From Nitrososphaerota archaeon (GTDB lineage: Archaea > Thermoproteota > EX4484-205 > JAAOZP01): a DNA stretch of 62,576 nt. Every line of letters starts with the position of its first letter. Within the stretch, counting starts at the first letter, position 1. Location of the stretch: assembly GCA_011605725.1 (NCBI GenBank), contig JAAOZP010000020.1, forward strand, positions 1 through 62,576, written 5' to 3'. Under the pieces are notes generated by a model, which did no database searches, was not told where the DNA came from, and worked only from the letters and a program-made list of their open reading frames with translations. Position numbers and translations under genes: made by a program. Positions 1 through 9,846 of this stretch are shown piece by piece.

Positions 1-109
1 ATTCTTCGAGGGGGAGCAGAAACGCGGGGAGAGAGAAGAGAAAGCATTCCATACCGTATGAATCTTCGGAGAGCATGAGGTTCGCGAATCCAAGGGAGGC
101 GGGTATGAG

Positions 110-877
110 TTGCTCAAGAGCGGAGAGGTCGTCGGAATCTTTCCCGAGGCCAAGATTGAGGAGGGCAAGGTCATCTTCAAGCTGAGTCATGGAGTGAACC
201 TTGAAGTATCTGAGAAGAGAGCTAGAGAGACATTCAGCCCTGAAAGAGCGGAGCTATGCGGCTTAATAGCCTCGGATGGCACCATTTGTAAATATGTGAG
301 AACACATGAGGTTTCCTTTAAAAACGTGGACTGTGAGCTTATCGATGGTTTTTGTAGGCTTGCCGATGAAGTCTATGATATAAAGCCACACCTATACTCT
401 ACAAGTCACGTAACAAAGGAAGGAGAGAAAAGGGAATACTACAGAGCAGTAATATACAGCAAGAAAGTAGCCTATGATCTGTGGATGTTCGGTGTTAAGG
501 GACCTGGCTATTATGAGTTCCATCCACCTATAGAGCACTTGGATGAAGAGGGAATCAAAGCATACCTGAGAGGGTTCTTTTCAGGTGACGGAAACGTCTC
601 TTTATGTAAAGATGGGCAGCACGAGTTTCGTGTATATTCATCCTTTAGAGAGGGTTTAGAAGAGATAAGGGAAATGTTTGAGATGCTAGGGTTTCACCCT
701 CATGAAGTTCGCGAAGAAGATAAGGAAATAACACCCGAGGGGATTAGAAAGCGATTTTACTTTACTATTCCTGAAGAAGACCATCTGAAATTTATAGAAG
801 AAATAGGGACGAGAAAAGCGGAGTTTAAAAGGAAGTTTGAGCTGATAAAATCGATAAACGGAAGGAGGGAGGATTAA
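110..877 (+). CDS. Two-motif LAGLIDADG (DOD-type) endonuclease domain protein, probably the C-terminal part of a longer reading frame
   Basis: Motifs LCGLIASDG and YLRGFFSGDG; the frame is open upstream to an in-frame TGA at 59-61 and again beyond it to the window edge; no Hint/intein termini. Confidence 0.8.
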   Translation: MLKSGEVVGIFPEAKIEEGKVIFKLSHGVNLEVSEKRARETFSPERAELCGLIASDGTICKYVRTHEVSFKNVDCELIDGFCRLADEVYDIKPHLYSTSHVTKEGEKREYYRAVIYSKKVAYDLWMFGVKGPGYYEFHPPIEHLDEEGIKAYLRGFFSGDGNVSLCKDGQHEFRVYSSFREGLEEIREMFEMLGFHPHEVREEDKEITPEGIRKRFYFTIPEEDHLKFIEEIGTRKAEFKRKFELIKSINGRRED

Positions 878-882
878 AGAAA

Positions 883-1575
883 ATGTATGCAGCCACTGTT
901 TGGGGATGGGGGGAAAGGTTCGAGGATGTTGGTAGAAACTGTAAGAAACATGTTGACAAAAGGTGGAAGGAAAACATAAAGGAGTGTAAGATAGAGATCA
1001 TGGCTAGGGAGAGAAATGATGGCGTTTGTTACTGGCTTACTGTATACTTAAGCAGTCCCAGAGATGTGGAAAAGATAGCAGAGGATCTTTTTTACACAGC
1101 ACTCTTTAAGGGAGATACTAAGGTGGATTTCGTAAACACCTACTTATTCGACTCGATGGTTTCAAATAAGGTAGTATGTCGGAAATCAATAGATGAAGTT
1201 AGAAATGAGTTCGATATGTTTATTAAAGAAGTTGCCAAGAGGTTCAGAAGCGACTCCAAGATAGAGCCTATAGCGAAGGTAAAGAAGGTGGAATTCAACG
1301 TGGATGTTTGCCTGATATGCGAATTGGAATCCACAGTTGCTAATAAGGTAGTCATAGATGCAATTCATTGGGATTTCGAGCTTCTGAGCAATTTCGTTAA
1401 ATCGCTGATTGATGATTTGATAGAGAAAGAGTTGGCGAGTCGCGTTTTAGGTTACGGTCTGCGTACCGGTAGCACCGACAGCCTCGAGATTGTGGACATT
1501 GGCCAGCGTAAAGAGATGGTTTTCGTGCGGCTTGAGCGGAGAAACAAGCTTTTCGATAAAAACGTGGATTCGTGA
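883..1575 (+). CDS. Hypothetical protein tightly coupled to the LAGLIDADG gene
   Basis: 230-aa ORF with ATG 5 bp after the upstream stop and a GGAGG-type RBS; no motif recognised. Confidence 0.7.
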   Translation: MYAATVWGWGERFEDVGRNCKKHVDKRWKENIKECKIEIMARERNDGVCYWLTVYLSSPRDVEKIAEDLFYTALFKGDTKVDFVNTYLFDSMVSNKVVCRKSIDEVRNEFDMFIKEVAKRFRSDSKIEPIAKVKKVEFNVDVCLICELESTVANKVVIDAIHWDFELLSNFVKSLIDDLIEKELASRVLGYGLRTGSTDSLEIVDIGQRKEMVFVRLERRNKLFDKNVDS

Positions 1576-1740
1576 GCTTAGACAACCAGAAGTAAGCCCA
1601 TAATTCAGGAGACGCGTCTATCCTGAGGCGTGTACCATCCCATAATTATCATACGATTACTTCTTCTTAAATTCGCAAAATCGCTTCAAAACATGGGTTC
1701 TTTATCATTGTCTAAGACATGGAATAAGAATGCTCATACT

Positions 1741-1800
1741 CACTTATCTTACAAAGAAGGATTAGAAGAAATGTTTGAAGACTTGGGATTCCATCTGAGT
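1741..1800 (+). pseudogene. Degenerate remnant of a LAGLIDADG paralog
   Basis: SYKEGLEEMFEDLGFH aligns with SFREGLEEIREMFEMLGFH of ORF 110..877; DNA similarity is also visible. Confidence 0.6.
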
Positions 1801-1854
1801 TTGAATACATAGACATTTGGGGAGACGAAGTTCTGGTGTGGCTTATCTGAAAAG

Positions 1855-1956
1855 TGCGGGGGGTGGGATTTGAACCCACGAACCCCTACGGGACTGGAGC
1901 CTCAGTCCAGCGCCTTTAACCTGGCTTAGCCGCTTCTTGGCTTTGGCGACCCCCGC
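1855..1956 (-). tRNA. tRNA-Leu(GAG) with a ~17-nt intron in the D-arm (approx. 1928-1944)
   Basis: Acceptor stem GCGGGGG/CCCCCGC, anticodon arm CTGGA-CTGAGGC-TCCAG, long variable arm, GGTTCAAATCC T-arm; 102 nt minus the 17-nt insert gives 85 nt. Confidence 0.92.
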
Positions 1957-2166
1957 TATCCTGCTTTCATTTTTCTTCATGTGATGGTGGATTAAAAGTT
2001 TTTTGATTCGTCTGGTTGTGGCGAGGGTTTCTTTTGAGAATAATGTGGGGTTTCGCCCTCTTATGGCTGTCTTTTTATGCTCTGGGTGATGACTTTCCCG
2101 TTCTATGGTGGGAGGAGGGTGAATAAAGTTTATTTAACGTGGCTTGAGAGTTTTTAAAGAGGTTAG

Positions 2167-3378
2167 TTGGCGATAAACGTGAATCAACTTCGAACATATC
2201 CTGTTCCAAAGCAGAGGATAGAGATTGTGGAGAGGAAGGGGCTTGGGCATCCGGACACTATTTCAGACATGATTATGAATGAGCTTTCGGTTGAGCTTTG
2301 CCGGCTTTACCTTAAGGAGTTCAACAGGGTTCTTCACTATAATCTGGATAAGAGTCTGCTGGTTGCCGGGGAGTCTGAGACTAGGTTTGGAGGAGGGGTT
2401 GTTAAGAAGCCGATGAAGCTTATTTTCGGAGACAGGGCGACCTACAGTTTCAACGGCAGGGAGCTGCCTATAGAGAAGCTTGCTGTGGATTCTGCTAAAA
2501 ACTGGTTTAAGAGGAACCTGAGGTTTGTCGATCCGGATAAGCATGTTTCCTACGAGGTTCAGATAGGGAGAAGCGCTGCGAACCTGGCGGATATTTTTAA
2601 GCGGGGTGGAGAGTTTCTGGGTGCTAACGATACTTCTGCGGCTGTCGGATATGCTCCACTATCCCAATTGGAGAAACTTGTTCTTGACGTTGAGCAGCAT
2701 TTGAACAGTAGGGATTTTAAGAAGGAGTTTGAAGAAACAGGTGAGGATGTAAAGGTTATGGGTTGCAGGATAGACAGCATGGTTGACTTGACAATAGCAA
2801 TGTCCTATGTGGACCGCTTCATAGATAGCGAGGAAACCTATTTCAGGTCTAAGAAGGAAGTTGTTGAACATTTGAAGACTTATATTGAGGATAATTATGA
2901 TTTTAAGAAAGTAAGCATTACATTAAACAGTCTGGATACACGGGGGAGAGGTGAAGACGGAATATATTTGACTGTTACCGGTACTTCTGCCGAAGCAGGT
3001 GACAGCGGGCAGGTTGGGAGGGGTAATCGAGTAAACGGGGTTATAGCTCTGTTGAGACCTGCAGGTTCCGAGGCTGCTGCCGGCAAGAACCCAGTCAGCC
3101 ATGTTGGAAAAATATACAATCTTCTATCGTTCAAAATTGCTAACGATATTATTGAAAAGGTTGATGGCGTTGAAGAGGTTTACGTCTGGCTTCTCAGCCA
3201 AATAGGAGTTCCTGTTAATAAGCCTAAACTGGTTTCAGTACAGGCGATTCTGGAAGAAGGATTAAACATGGAGGTTCTGGAGAAACCTATAGTGGAAGTT
3301 GTCGAGGAAAGCCTGAGTGATGATTCGCTAAGGAGTTTCATAAACGACCTGATAGAGGGAAAACTGAGAGTATGCTGA
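2167..3378 (+). CDS. mat: Archaeal-type S-adenosylmethionine synthetase
   Basis: ERKGLGHPD, ANDTS, GEDVKVMG, GRGNRVNG and GKNPVSHVGKIYN motifs. Confidence 0.97.
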   Translation: MAINVNQLRTYPVPKQRIEIVERKGLGHPDTISDMIMNELSVELCRLYLKEFNRVLHYNLDKSLLVAGESETRFGGGVVKKPMKLIFGDRATYSFNGRELPIEKLAVDSAKNWFKRNLRFVDPDKHVSYEVQIGRSAANLADIFKRGGEFLGANDTSAAVGYAPLSQLEKLVLDVEQHLNSRDFKKEFEETGEDVKVMGCRIDSMVDLTIAMSYVDRFIDSEETYFRSKKEVVEHLKTYIEDNYDFKKVSITLNSLDTRGRGEDGIYLTVTGTSAEAGDSGQVGRGNRVNGVIALLRPAGSEAAAGKNPVSHVGKIYNLLSFKIANDIIEKVDGVEEVYVWLLSQIGVPVNKPKLVSVQAILEEGLNMEVLEKPIVEVVEESLSDDSLRSFINDLIEGKLRVC

Positions 3379-4814
3379 GTCAAGAGGAAACAAGTAAGCT
3401 TAAGATAGGGCTCGAAATCCATGTGCAGCTAACAAATCTGAAAACCAAGCTTTTCTGCCCTTGCCCCTCAGACTATCGTGGTAAGAAGCCGAATGAAAAT
3501 GTTTGCCCAATCTGCCTAGGGCTACCCGGCACACTGCCACAGGTTAACAGTAAGGCTATTGAAAGCGCTATAGCTGTTTGCCTTGCTTTCAAAGCGAAAG
3601 TACAGCCCTACGTTGCTTTCAGTCGGAAGAACTATTTCTACCCGGATATGAATAAAAACTATCAGATAACGCAGTATGATAAGGCAGGGGGAGCGACAAT
3701 AGGCATAGGAGGACACGTCACGATAAGCATGGATGGAGAAAGGAGAGAAATACCTTTCAGAAGGATACAGCTTGAGGAAGACCCTGGTAGACTAGTCCAT
3801 GTTGAAAAAGGAAGCGTAAGAAAAACCTATATAGACTATAATAGGGCGGGGATAGCTCTTGTAGAGGTCGTTACGGAGCCGGTTATGCATCAACCTAAAG
3901 AGGCACGCTTAGTGTTGGAGAAAATACAGACAACCCTAGAGCATCTTGGTGTTCTCGACCCCTCTTTCGAGGGATCCATGAGGTGTGATGCAAACGTTTC
4001 CTACGCTGGAGGAGCAAGAATAGAGATTAAAAACATTAATTCTTTCAGAGAAGTGGAGCAGGCGTTACGCTTCGAAGAACTGAGGTTAGCTTATCTCCCT
4101 AAGCTGGAAAGCAATGTTACTAAAAGATGGGGAGAGAAAGAGGGGGTTACGGCAACATCCAGAGAAAAGGAGACTGAGGAGGATTATCGCTACTTTCCCG
4201 AGCCAGATATTCCGCCAATACTGGTTGACGAGAAGCTTGTTGAAAGAATTAGAAGACACTTGCCCGAGCTGCCTGACGAGAGGCTAGAAAGATTTATCAG
4301 AGCCTACAAGTTGCCTGAAAAATTGGCTTCAATCCTGGTGATGGAGAAGCCTGTTGCAGACTTCTTTGAAGAAGCGTTACAGTTTTCAAACGATCCTAAG
4401 GAGGTTGCGTATTGGCTTACTAACGAGGTTGTGAGAAGATGGCGGGAGTGCGATGTGGACTGTAGAAAAAGCAAGTTTAAACCGAGGAATCTAGCGAAGC
4501 TTGTCAACATGGTTAAGGAGGGAGCTTTGACCCCGCGTATGGCGAAAAGTGTTCTCTGGGACGTGGTTTTAACGGGAGAAGACGTTGAGGAGTATATTGA
4601 GCGGAAGGGCATAAGTATAATAAGGGATCCGAACATGTTTAAGCAAGTAATCCTGAAGGTTTTAGAGGAAAAGCCGAATCTTAGGGAAAACGCTTCTAAG
4701 AATGAAAGAATAATCGACTTTATATGCGGAGAGGTTCAAAAAAAGCTTGACGGAAGAGCAGACCCGATTATTCTCAGGAATGAAGTTAAGAAGCTGGTTG
4801 AGGAGGAGGATTAA
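3372..4814 (+). CDS. gatB: Asp-tRNA(Asn)/Glu-tRNA(Gln) amidotransferase subunit B
   Basis: IGLEIHVQL, CLGLPGTLP, RKNYFYPD, RCDANVS, YRYFPEPD. Confidence 0.97.
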   Translation: MLSQEETSKLKIGLEIHVQLTNLKTKLFCPCPSDYRGKKPNENVCPICLGLPGTLPQVNSKAIESAIAVCLAFKAKVQPYVAFSRKNYFYPDMNKNYQITQYDKAGGATIGIGGHVTISMDGERREIPFRRIQLEEDPGRLVHVEKGSVRKTYIDYNRAGIALVEVVTEPVMHQPKEARLVLEKIQTTLEHLGVLDPSFEGSMRCDANVSYAGGARIEIKNINSFREVEQALRFEELRLAYLPKLESNVTKRWGEKEGVTATSREKETEEDYRYFPEPDIPPILVDEKLVERIRRHLPELPDERLERFIRAYKLPEKLASILVMEKPVADFFEEALQFSNDPKEVAYWLTNEVVRRWRECDVDCRKSKFKPRNLAKLVNMVKEGALTPRMAKSVLWDVVLTGEDVEEYIERKGISIIRDPNMFKQVILKVLEEKPNLRENASKNERIIDFICGEVQKKLDGRADPIILRNEVKKLVEEED

Positions 4815-4816
4815 AA

Positions 4817-6133
4817 ATGCTTGAAAGCCTTTCGGAGAGGCTTCAAAATGCACTCAGGTTTATCACTAGGCAGGCTTACGTGAGTGAAAAGGAGATTGCA
4901 GAGTATTTACGTGAGATTCAACGAGCACTGCTAATGGGGGATGTTGACGTTAAGCTTGTAAGCCAACTCACTGAAGATATTAGGAAAGAGCTTAGAGAGA
5001 CGAGGGAGGAGTATGGAGTATCCTTAAAAGACAGGGTTGTCTATGCGACTTACCAAGGCCTTATCCGGATACTTGGAGGCGAGAAGAAGGAACTTCGCAT
5101 TCTGCCTAATCAGCTTAACATTTTCATTTTTATGGGGATACAGGGTTCAGGGAAGACTACAAGCGTCGGCAAGGTTGCCTATTTTCTTAAAAAGAAGAAG
5201 AGGCGGGTGGGGGTTATAGCTGGCGATGTTTTCAGACCGGGAGCCGCAGACCAGTTAAGACAACTATTAGAAGGCACCGGCATTCCGCTTTATGCAGAGC
5301 CCTCAGGAAAATCCTCTGTAGAAGTCATTAAAAACGGTGTAAAATGGGCTAAGGAGCTAGGTCTTGAAGTCGTACTCGTGGATACTGCTGGGAGACACAA
5401 GTCAGAAGAATCTTTAATGAATGAAATGAAGCAGATAATAGATGAGATTAACCCTACCGCAGCGATACTTGTCATAGACGCTATGATAGGCCAGCAGGCA
5501 AGAGCTCAGGCAGAAGCCTTTAACAAGGTTGCGAAAGTAGGATACGTAATAGTTACTAAGCTTGATGGTTCGGCTAAGGGCGGCGGGGCGCTTTCAGCAG
5601 TAGCTTCTGTTGGCGCACCAATAGTATTTGTTGGAGTTGGTGAAAGCCTTGAAGAGTTTGAAGAGTTTGACCCAGTTAAATTTGTTTCCCGGCTGCTTGG
5701 AAGGCCGGATTTAGAGGCTATTGTGACCAGGATTCAACAAATGTCTAAGGAGGAGCGGCTTAGAATGCAGAAAATGGCTCAAGGTAAGTTCACCATCGAA
5801 GAATTCGTACAGCAGCTTGAAACTGTAAGAAAAATTGGTGACCTTCAAGCATTATTATCTAATCTTCCCGGAGGAAGGAGGTTGGATAAGAAAGAGTTGG
5901 AAGAGTTTATAGGGAGGTTAAAAAGGTGGAAGGCGATTGTAAACTCAATGAACATGGAGGAAAGAAATGATGTTACGATAATAGACTCTTCACGGGTTAA
6001 ACGTATTGCAAGGGGGTCGGGAACTTCTGAGAAAGATGTTAGAGAGCTAATAAAACAATATACTGTCGCGAAGAAAGCTGTTAGAAAAATGTCTAAAGGA
6101 GCTTTAAGAAAACTTTCCTATTTGAGGTTTTAA
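4817..6133 (+). CDS. srp54: Signal recognition particle protein SRP54
   Basis: GIQGSGKTT, DTAGR, TKLDGSAKGGGALS and the M-domain motif RIARGSG. Confidence 0.97.
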   Translation: MLESLSERLQNALRFITRQAYVSEKEIAEYLREIQRALLMGDVDVKLVSQLTEDIRKELRETREEYGVSLKDRVVYATYQGLIRILGGEKKELRILPNQLNIFIFMGIQGSGKTTSVGKVAYFLKKKKRRVGVIAGDVFRPGAADQLRQLLEGTGIPLYAEPSGKSSVEVIKNGVKWAKELGLEVVLVDTAGRHKSEESLMNEMKQIIDEINPTAAILVIDAMIGQQARAQAEAFNKVAKVGYVIVTKLDGSAKGGGALSAVASVGAPIVFVGVGESLEEFEEFDPVKFVSRLLGRPDLEAIVTRIQQMSKEERLRMQKMAQGKFTIEEFVQQLETVRKIGDLQALLSNLPGGRRLDKKELEEFIGRLKRWKAIVNSMNMEERNDVTIIDSSRVKRIARGSGTSEKDVRELIKQYTVAKKAVRKMSKGALRKLSYLRF

Positions 6134-6135
6134 AA

Positions 6136-7425
6136 ATGGATTTATTGAAGCATTTGAAAAAGATTGTAATATCCATCCCACTTTGTGACAGATGTTTGGG
6201 CAGACAGTTTTCAAACCTTATGCCAACCTCCGATAATGAGACTAAAGGCAGAGTTTTGAAGGATTTTCTTTTCATGAATGAAATGCGAGCGAGGGAAGAA
6301 AACCCTAGAAAGTCTTTGAAAATAGTCAAAGCCCTAGCTGAATCTGGACACGAGCCTTCACTGAGCTTTATGAAGAAAAATCTGGGTTTAGATGTAGTTT
6401 CAAAGCCTTGCTATGTTTGTGAAAACGGAATTAGCTCTTTAATAGAGAGCGCTACCGCCAGCATTATTGAGAAATCGTCAGAAGTAGAATTCAAAACTTT
6501 TTACGTAGGGCTTACACTACCGGTTTCCATAGAGGAGAAAGATGAGAAGGTAAAGTCTTTCTTTAAGCTAAAGTTTGGAGAGGCTTTGAAAAACGAGCTT
6601 AATAGAGAGATAATTAGGAAAGTGGGGAAAACGCTGCAGAGAAAGCCGGAGATGAAGAGGCCAGACGTTCTCTTCATATATGATGCTGTGAGAAAACAGG
6701 TTTCGATACAGATAAACTCGATTTTTCTCAAGTCAAGCTATAAAAAGCTTGTCAAAGGAATCGCTCAGACCAAGTGGCGGGGACTCGACAGTGAGAATAC
6801 GACCCCCTCCATAGAAAAAATGTTAGAAGAGGTTCTTTTACCGGCTTACAATGGCAGTGGTTTAAAATTTCACGGTGCAGGAAGAGAGGATGTCGATGTA
6901 AAGATGCTTGGAGAAGGAAGACCCTTCATAGTTGAAATACTTGAGCCTAGGATTAGAAATGTGGATCTAAAGAAACTTCATTTAGAGTTTAACAGAAGAT
7001 TTGGAGACATGGTTGAGATAGCTGAATTCCAAAATGCAGCCTATTCCGAGGTTCCAAGGCTTAAGCTTGAAGCGGAAATCCATAAGAAGAGTTACAGAGT
7101 TGTGTTCGAAACTGAGAGAAAGATTTCGGAGGAAGAGTTAAGAGAGCTGTCGGAAAGGTTTACTGGAACCGTGGTTAACCAGAGAACCCCTTTAAGAGTG
7201 TTGAAAAGAAGGAAGGACAAGGTTAGGAGAAAAGTAGTCTATAAGGCTGTTTTTAAAAGGCTCGAAAATAATCTTTACGAAGCATCTATAACGTGTAGCG
7301 GAGGGCTTTATGTCAAAGAGCTTTTCCATGGGGATGAGGGAAGAACAGTTCCCTCCGTAGCGGGACTTCTTAACACTAAGATTAAAATAGTGGAGATGGA
7401 GGTAACGGGTATTGAAGGTGGTTAA
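6136..7425 (+). CDS. pus10: tRNA pseudouridine(54/55) synthase Pus10
   Basis: LCDRCLGRQF, FHGAGREDVDVKMLG, GGLYVKEL; conserved srp54-pus10-L21e synteny. Confidence 0.96.
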   Translation: MDLLKHLKKIVISIPLCDRCLGRQFSNLMPTSDNETKGRVLKDFLFMNEMRAREENPRKSLKIVKALAESGHEPSLSFMKKNLGLDVVSKPCYVCENGISSLIESATASIIEKSSEVEFKTFYVGLTLPVSIEEKDEKVKSFFKLKFGEALKNELNREIIRKVGKTLQRKPEMKRPDVLFIYDAVRKQVSIQINSIFLKSSYKKLVKGIAQTKWRGLDSENTTPSIEKMLEEVLLPAYNGSGLKFHGAGREDVDVKMLGEGRPFIVEILEPRIRNVDLKKLHLEFNRRFGDMVEIAEFQNAAYSEVPRLKLEAEIHKKSYRVVFETERKISEEELRELSERFTGTVVNQRTPLRVLKRRKDKVRRKVVYKAVFKRLENNLYEASITCSGGLYVKELFHGDEGRTVPSVAGLLNTKIKIVEMEVTGIEGG

Positions 7426-7431
7426 GCAAAA

Positions 7432-7719
7432 ATGCCTCAAACCTCCGGGAGAAGGATAAAAACGAGAAGCCTGCTTAAGAAAAGAGTTAGAGAGAAGGGA
7501 ATAAAACCTCCCTCGTACCTTTTGCAAGACTATAGACCGGGAGATAAAGTGGTCTTAAAATACGACCCCTCGGTTCATAAGGGGATGCCTCACAGGAGGT
7601 TCTACGGTAAAATAGGGACAGTGGTCGGCAAAAGGGGGAGAGCATATGTTATTCAGGTAGTAGATGGAGATAAAACAAAAACTTTAATTGCAAGACCAGA
7701 ACATTTGAAGAGGCTGTAG
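7432..7719 (+). CDS. rpl21e: 50S ribosomal protein L21e
   Basis: DPSVHKGMPHRRFYGK, RPEHL. Confidence 0.97.
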   Translation: MPQTSGRRIKTRSLLKKRVREKGIKPPSYLLQDYRPGDKVVLKYDPSVHKGMPHRRFYGKIGTVVGKRGRAYVIQVVDGDKTKTLIARPEHLKRL

Positions 7720-7722
7720 GCA

Positions 7723-8052
7723 ATGGGAATTCAAAAGATATCTGAAACAGATATAACGATACCCGAGGCGCTTGAGATCCTCTCCGCACAGGAGGATCTG
7801 AAACAGTATCAGCGCTTAGTCTTGGACTACCTAAAAGAGGCTTCTAAACTCCCTGCAGATAAGGCTAAAAAACTATTGGAGGAGCTTATGAAGGAGGCGG
7901 GTCTTACTAGGAAAGAAGCCGTGATGCTTGTTAACATACTTCCGAAGAGTAAACATGAGATAATGGCGATTTTATCCGGCGGAAGAGATAAAGAATTTTT
8001 AACACTTGAAAAAGTTGAAAAGATTAAAAGCATCATCGATAAGTATGCTTGA
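7723..8052 (+). CDS. rpo4: RNA polymerase subunit Rpo4 (RpoF)
   Basis: Size, LVNILP motif and conserved position after L21e. Confidence 0.9.
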   Translation: MGIQKISETDITIPEALEILSAQEDLKQYQRLVLDYLKEASKLPADKAKKLLEELMKEAGLTRKEAVMLVNILPKSKHEIMAILSGGRDKEFLTLEKVEKIKSIIDKYA

Positions 8053-8078
8053 ATCTTTTAAATTTTTCTTGTAAAAAA

Positions 8079-8471
8079 TTACTTGACCCGCATTATTTTC
8101 TGTCTTCCACCGACTCTCCAGTACTCCACAGTCACTCCCTGAGCAATACTGCTTTTAAGATCCTGGTCTTGAGGCAGCGGGATTTCGAAAACCTCGTAGG
8201 TTTCGAGATCCATTATTTGCGCATTATCGCCTACTAATGCAAGCACCTGCGCGTTTCTCTTCTCTATCATTGGGACTTCCACCTTAGCGTCAACAGGGCT
8301 TAGCAGAGTGTGTTTAGACCCGTCGAACAATCCTATGCCTACGACACGGGCCTTAGCACTACCATGTTTGCCTGGCTTAGAGTGTGAAACCTCTACTATT
8401 TGACATGGCTCGTTGTCAATCATGATCCAAGACCCCTCTTTCAACTCCCCTAGCTCGACTACTTTACCCAT
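8079..8471 (-). CDS. eif5a: Translation factor aIF-5A
   Basis: Hypusine motif [10 protein letters not shown]. Confidence 0.98.
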   Translation of the reverse strand: MGKVVELGELKEGSWIMIDNEPCQIVEVSHSKPGKHGSAKARVVGIGLFDGSKHTLLSPVDAKVEVPMIEKRNAQVLALVGDNAQIMDLETYEVFEIPLPQDQDLKSSIAQGVTVEYWRVGGRQKIMRVK

Positions 8472-8519
8472 TTTGGAGAAAACTAATAAGCGGCATATTT
8501 AAAAAACTTATGCAGCAAG

Positions 8520-9326
8520 ATGGCGGAGGCTAAGAAGATAGCAGTAGTCTATAAAACCAAGGAGCCTGAAGTTCTGAGGGTCATTGAGACGGTTAATAGG
8601 GTTATGAAGCCAGAGTCTATTGAAGAACACTCGTTGTTAAGCCTCGTAGGAAAAAAGCTGGGAGGTTTTGACCTGATTGTCTGCCTAGGGGGAGACGGAA
8701 CGCTGGTGAGAACCTGCCGGGTGGTTGAAAACGGGGGTATAATTCTTCCTGTTAACATGGGTAAGAAAGGCTATTTAATGGAGGTAGATCCTGAGAAACT
8801 GCCTTCTTATCTGGAAAAGTATCGAAAAAACGAGTTTTTAGTTGAGAAATGCTTCAAGCTTAAAATAAGCTACGGTGGCAGGATGCTTAATGCAATAAAC
8901 GAAGTTGTGATTAGGAACATAATAGGTTTAAAACAAGTAACACTGTCCGTGGAGCTTGAGGAAGGAAGCTTCATAGTAGAGGGGGATGGGGTTTTAGTTT
9001 CAACCCCAATCGGATCCTCTGCTTACTCTCTCAATGCAGGAGGACCGTTTGTTTTATCCAATGTAAACATCCTAGTATGCACTCCATTGTGCGCAAGAAG
9101 ACCATTAAGACCACTGATAGTTAATAGGGACGCGGTAATAAAAGTGAAATATTTAAGTGGAGAAGAAATACAAATGATAATAGACGGGGAGGAGGCGTTA
9201 AAGGTGGATCCTAAGGAAACCATAGAGATTACGGGGTCGACAGAAACAGTTAATATTATACGTTTCTCCAGTTCTTTCAACATTAAGCGTATGGGCAGGT
9301 TGACAGGAGGGATTGAAAACGGTTAA
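8520..9326 (+). CDS. nadK: NAD(+) kinase
   Basis: GGDGT, NE, GDGVLVSTPIGSSAYSLNAGG. Confidence 0.93.
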   Translation: MAEAKKIAVVYKTKEPEVLRVIETVNRVMKPESIEEHSLLSLVGKKLGGFDLIVCLGGDGTLVRTCRVVENGGIILPVNMGKKGYLMEVDPEKLPSYLEKYRKNEFLVEKCFKLKISYGGRMLNAINEVVIRNIIGLKQVTLSVELEEGSFIVEGDGVLVSTPIGSSAYSLNAGGPFVLSNVNILVCTPLCARRPLRPLIVNRDAVIKVKYLSGEEIQMIIDGEEALKVDPKETIEITGSTETVNIIRFSSSFNIKRMGRLTGGIENG

Positions 9327-9846
9327 GCAGGGATATGTTCTAGACTCTACAGCGATAATACAAGGAGTGGACCCAAACTCTCTTAAGAGAGAGTCTTTCA
9401 CAATAAGAGAGCTTCTGGACGAGATTGGGGAAATAGGCAGGAGATGGATGAGAATAAAGACCGCAATGATGCTTGGAAAACTGGTAATCCGGGAGCCTTC
9501 TGTCGGAGGCATGGAGAAAGTAGAGCGTGTCGTCAAGGAATACGGGTTGTACGAAAAGCTTTCAAAACCAGACATTAAGATCCTGGCTCTGGGCTACGAG
9601 TTACACAGCGAGGAGGATTATGATATAGAGATAATAACCGATGATTACGATATTCAGAACACGGCAGCCCTTCTAAATCTGAAGTATATTTCCATAGGAA
9701 TTAAGGAAATAAGGAAAACATACATATATGTCAAGTACTGCCCCGCCTGCAAAAGGAGATATTCCGGGTATACCGGAACTGTTTGTCCAGTGTGCGGATA
9801 CAGGTTGATAGGCGTAAAGAAGGTTATTAGAGACAATACTTATTAG
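9313..9846 (+). CDS. nob1: Nob1-type PIN endoribonuclease with C-terminal zinc ribbon
   Basis: VLDSTA, LSKPD, TDDYDIQN, CPAC..CPVCG. Confidence 0.9.
   Translation: MKTVKQGYVLDSTAIIQGVDPNSLKRESFTIRELLDEIGEIGRRWMRIKTAMMLGKLVIREPSVGGMEKVERVVKEYGLYEKLSKPDIKILALGYELHSEEDYDIEIITDDYDIQNTAALLNLKYISIGIKEIRKTYIYVKYCPACKRRYSGYTGTVCPVCGYRLIGVKKVIRDNTY

Noticed and set aside
59-61. In-frame TGA upstream of the LAGLIDADG ORF as selenocysteine or recoding
   Set aside because: No redox-motif context, no SECIS seen, and TGA is a normal stop elsewhere in the window; a nonsense mutation is more likely
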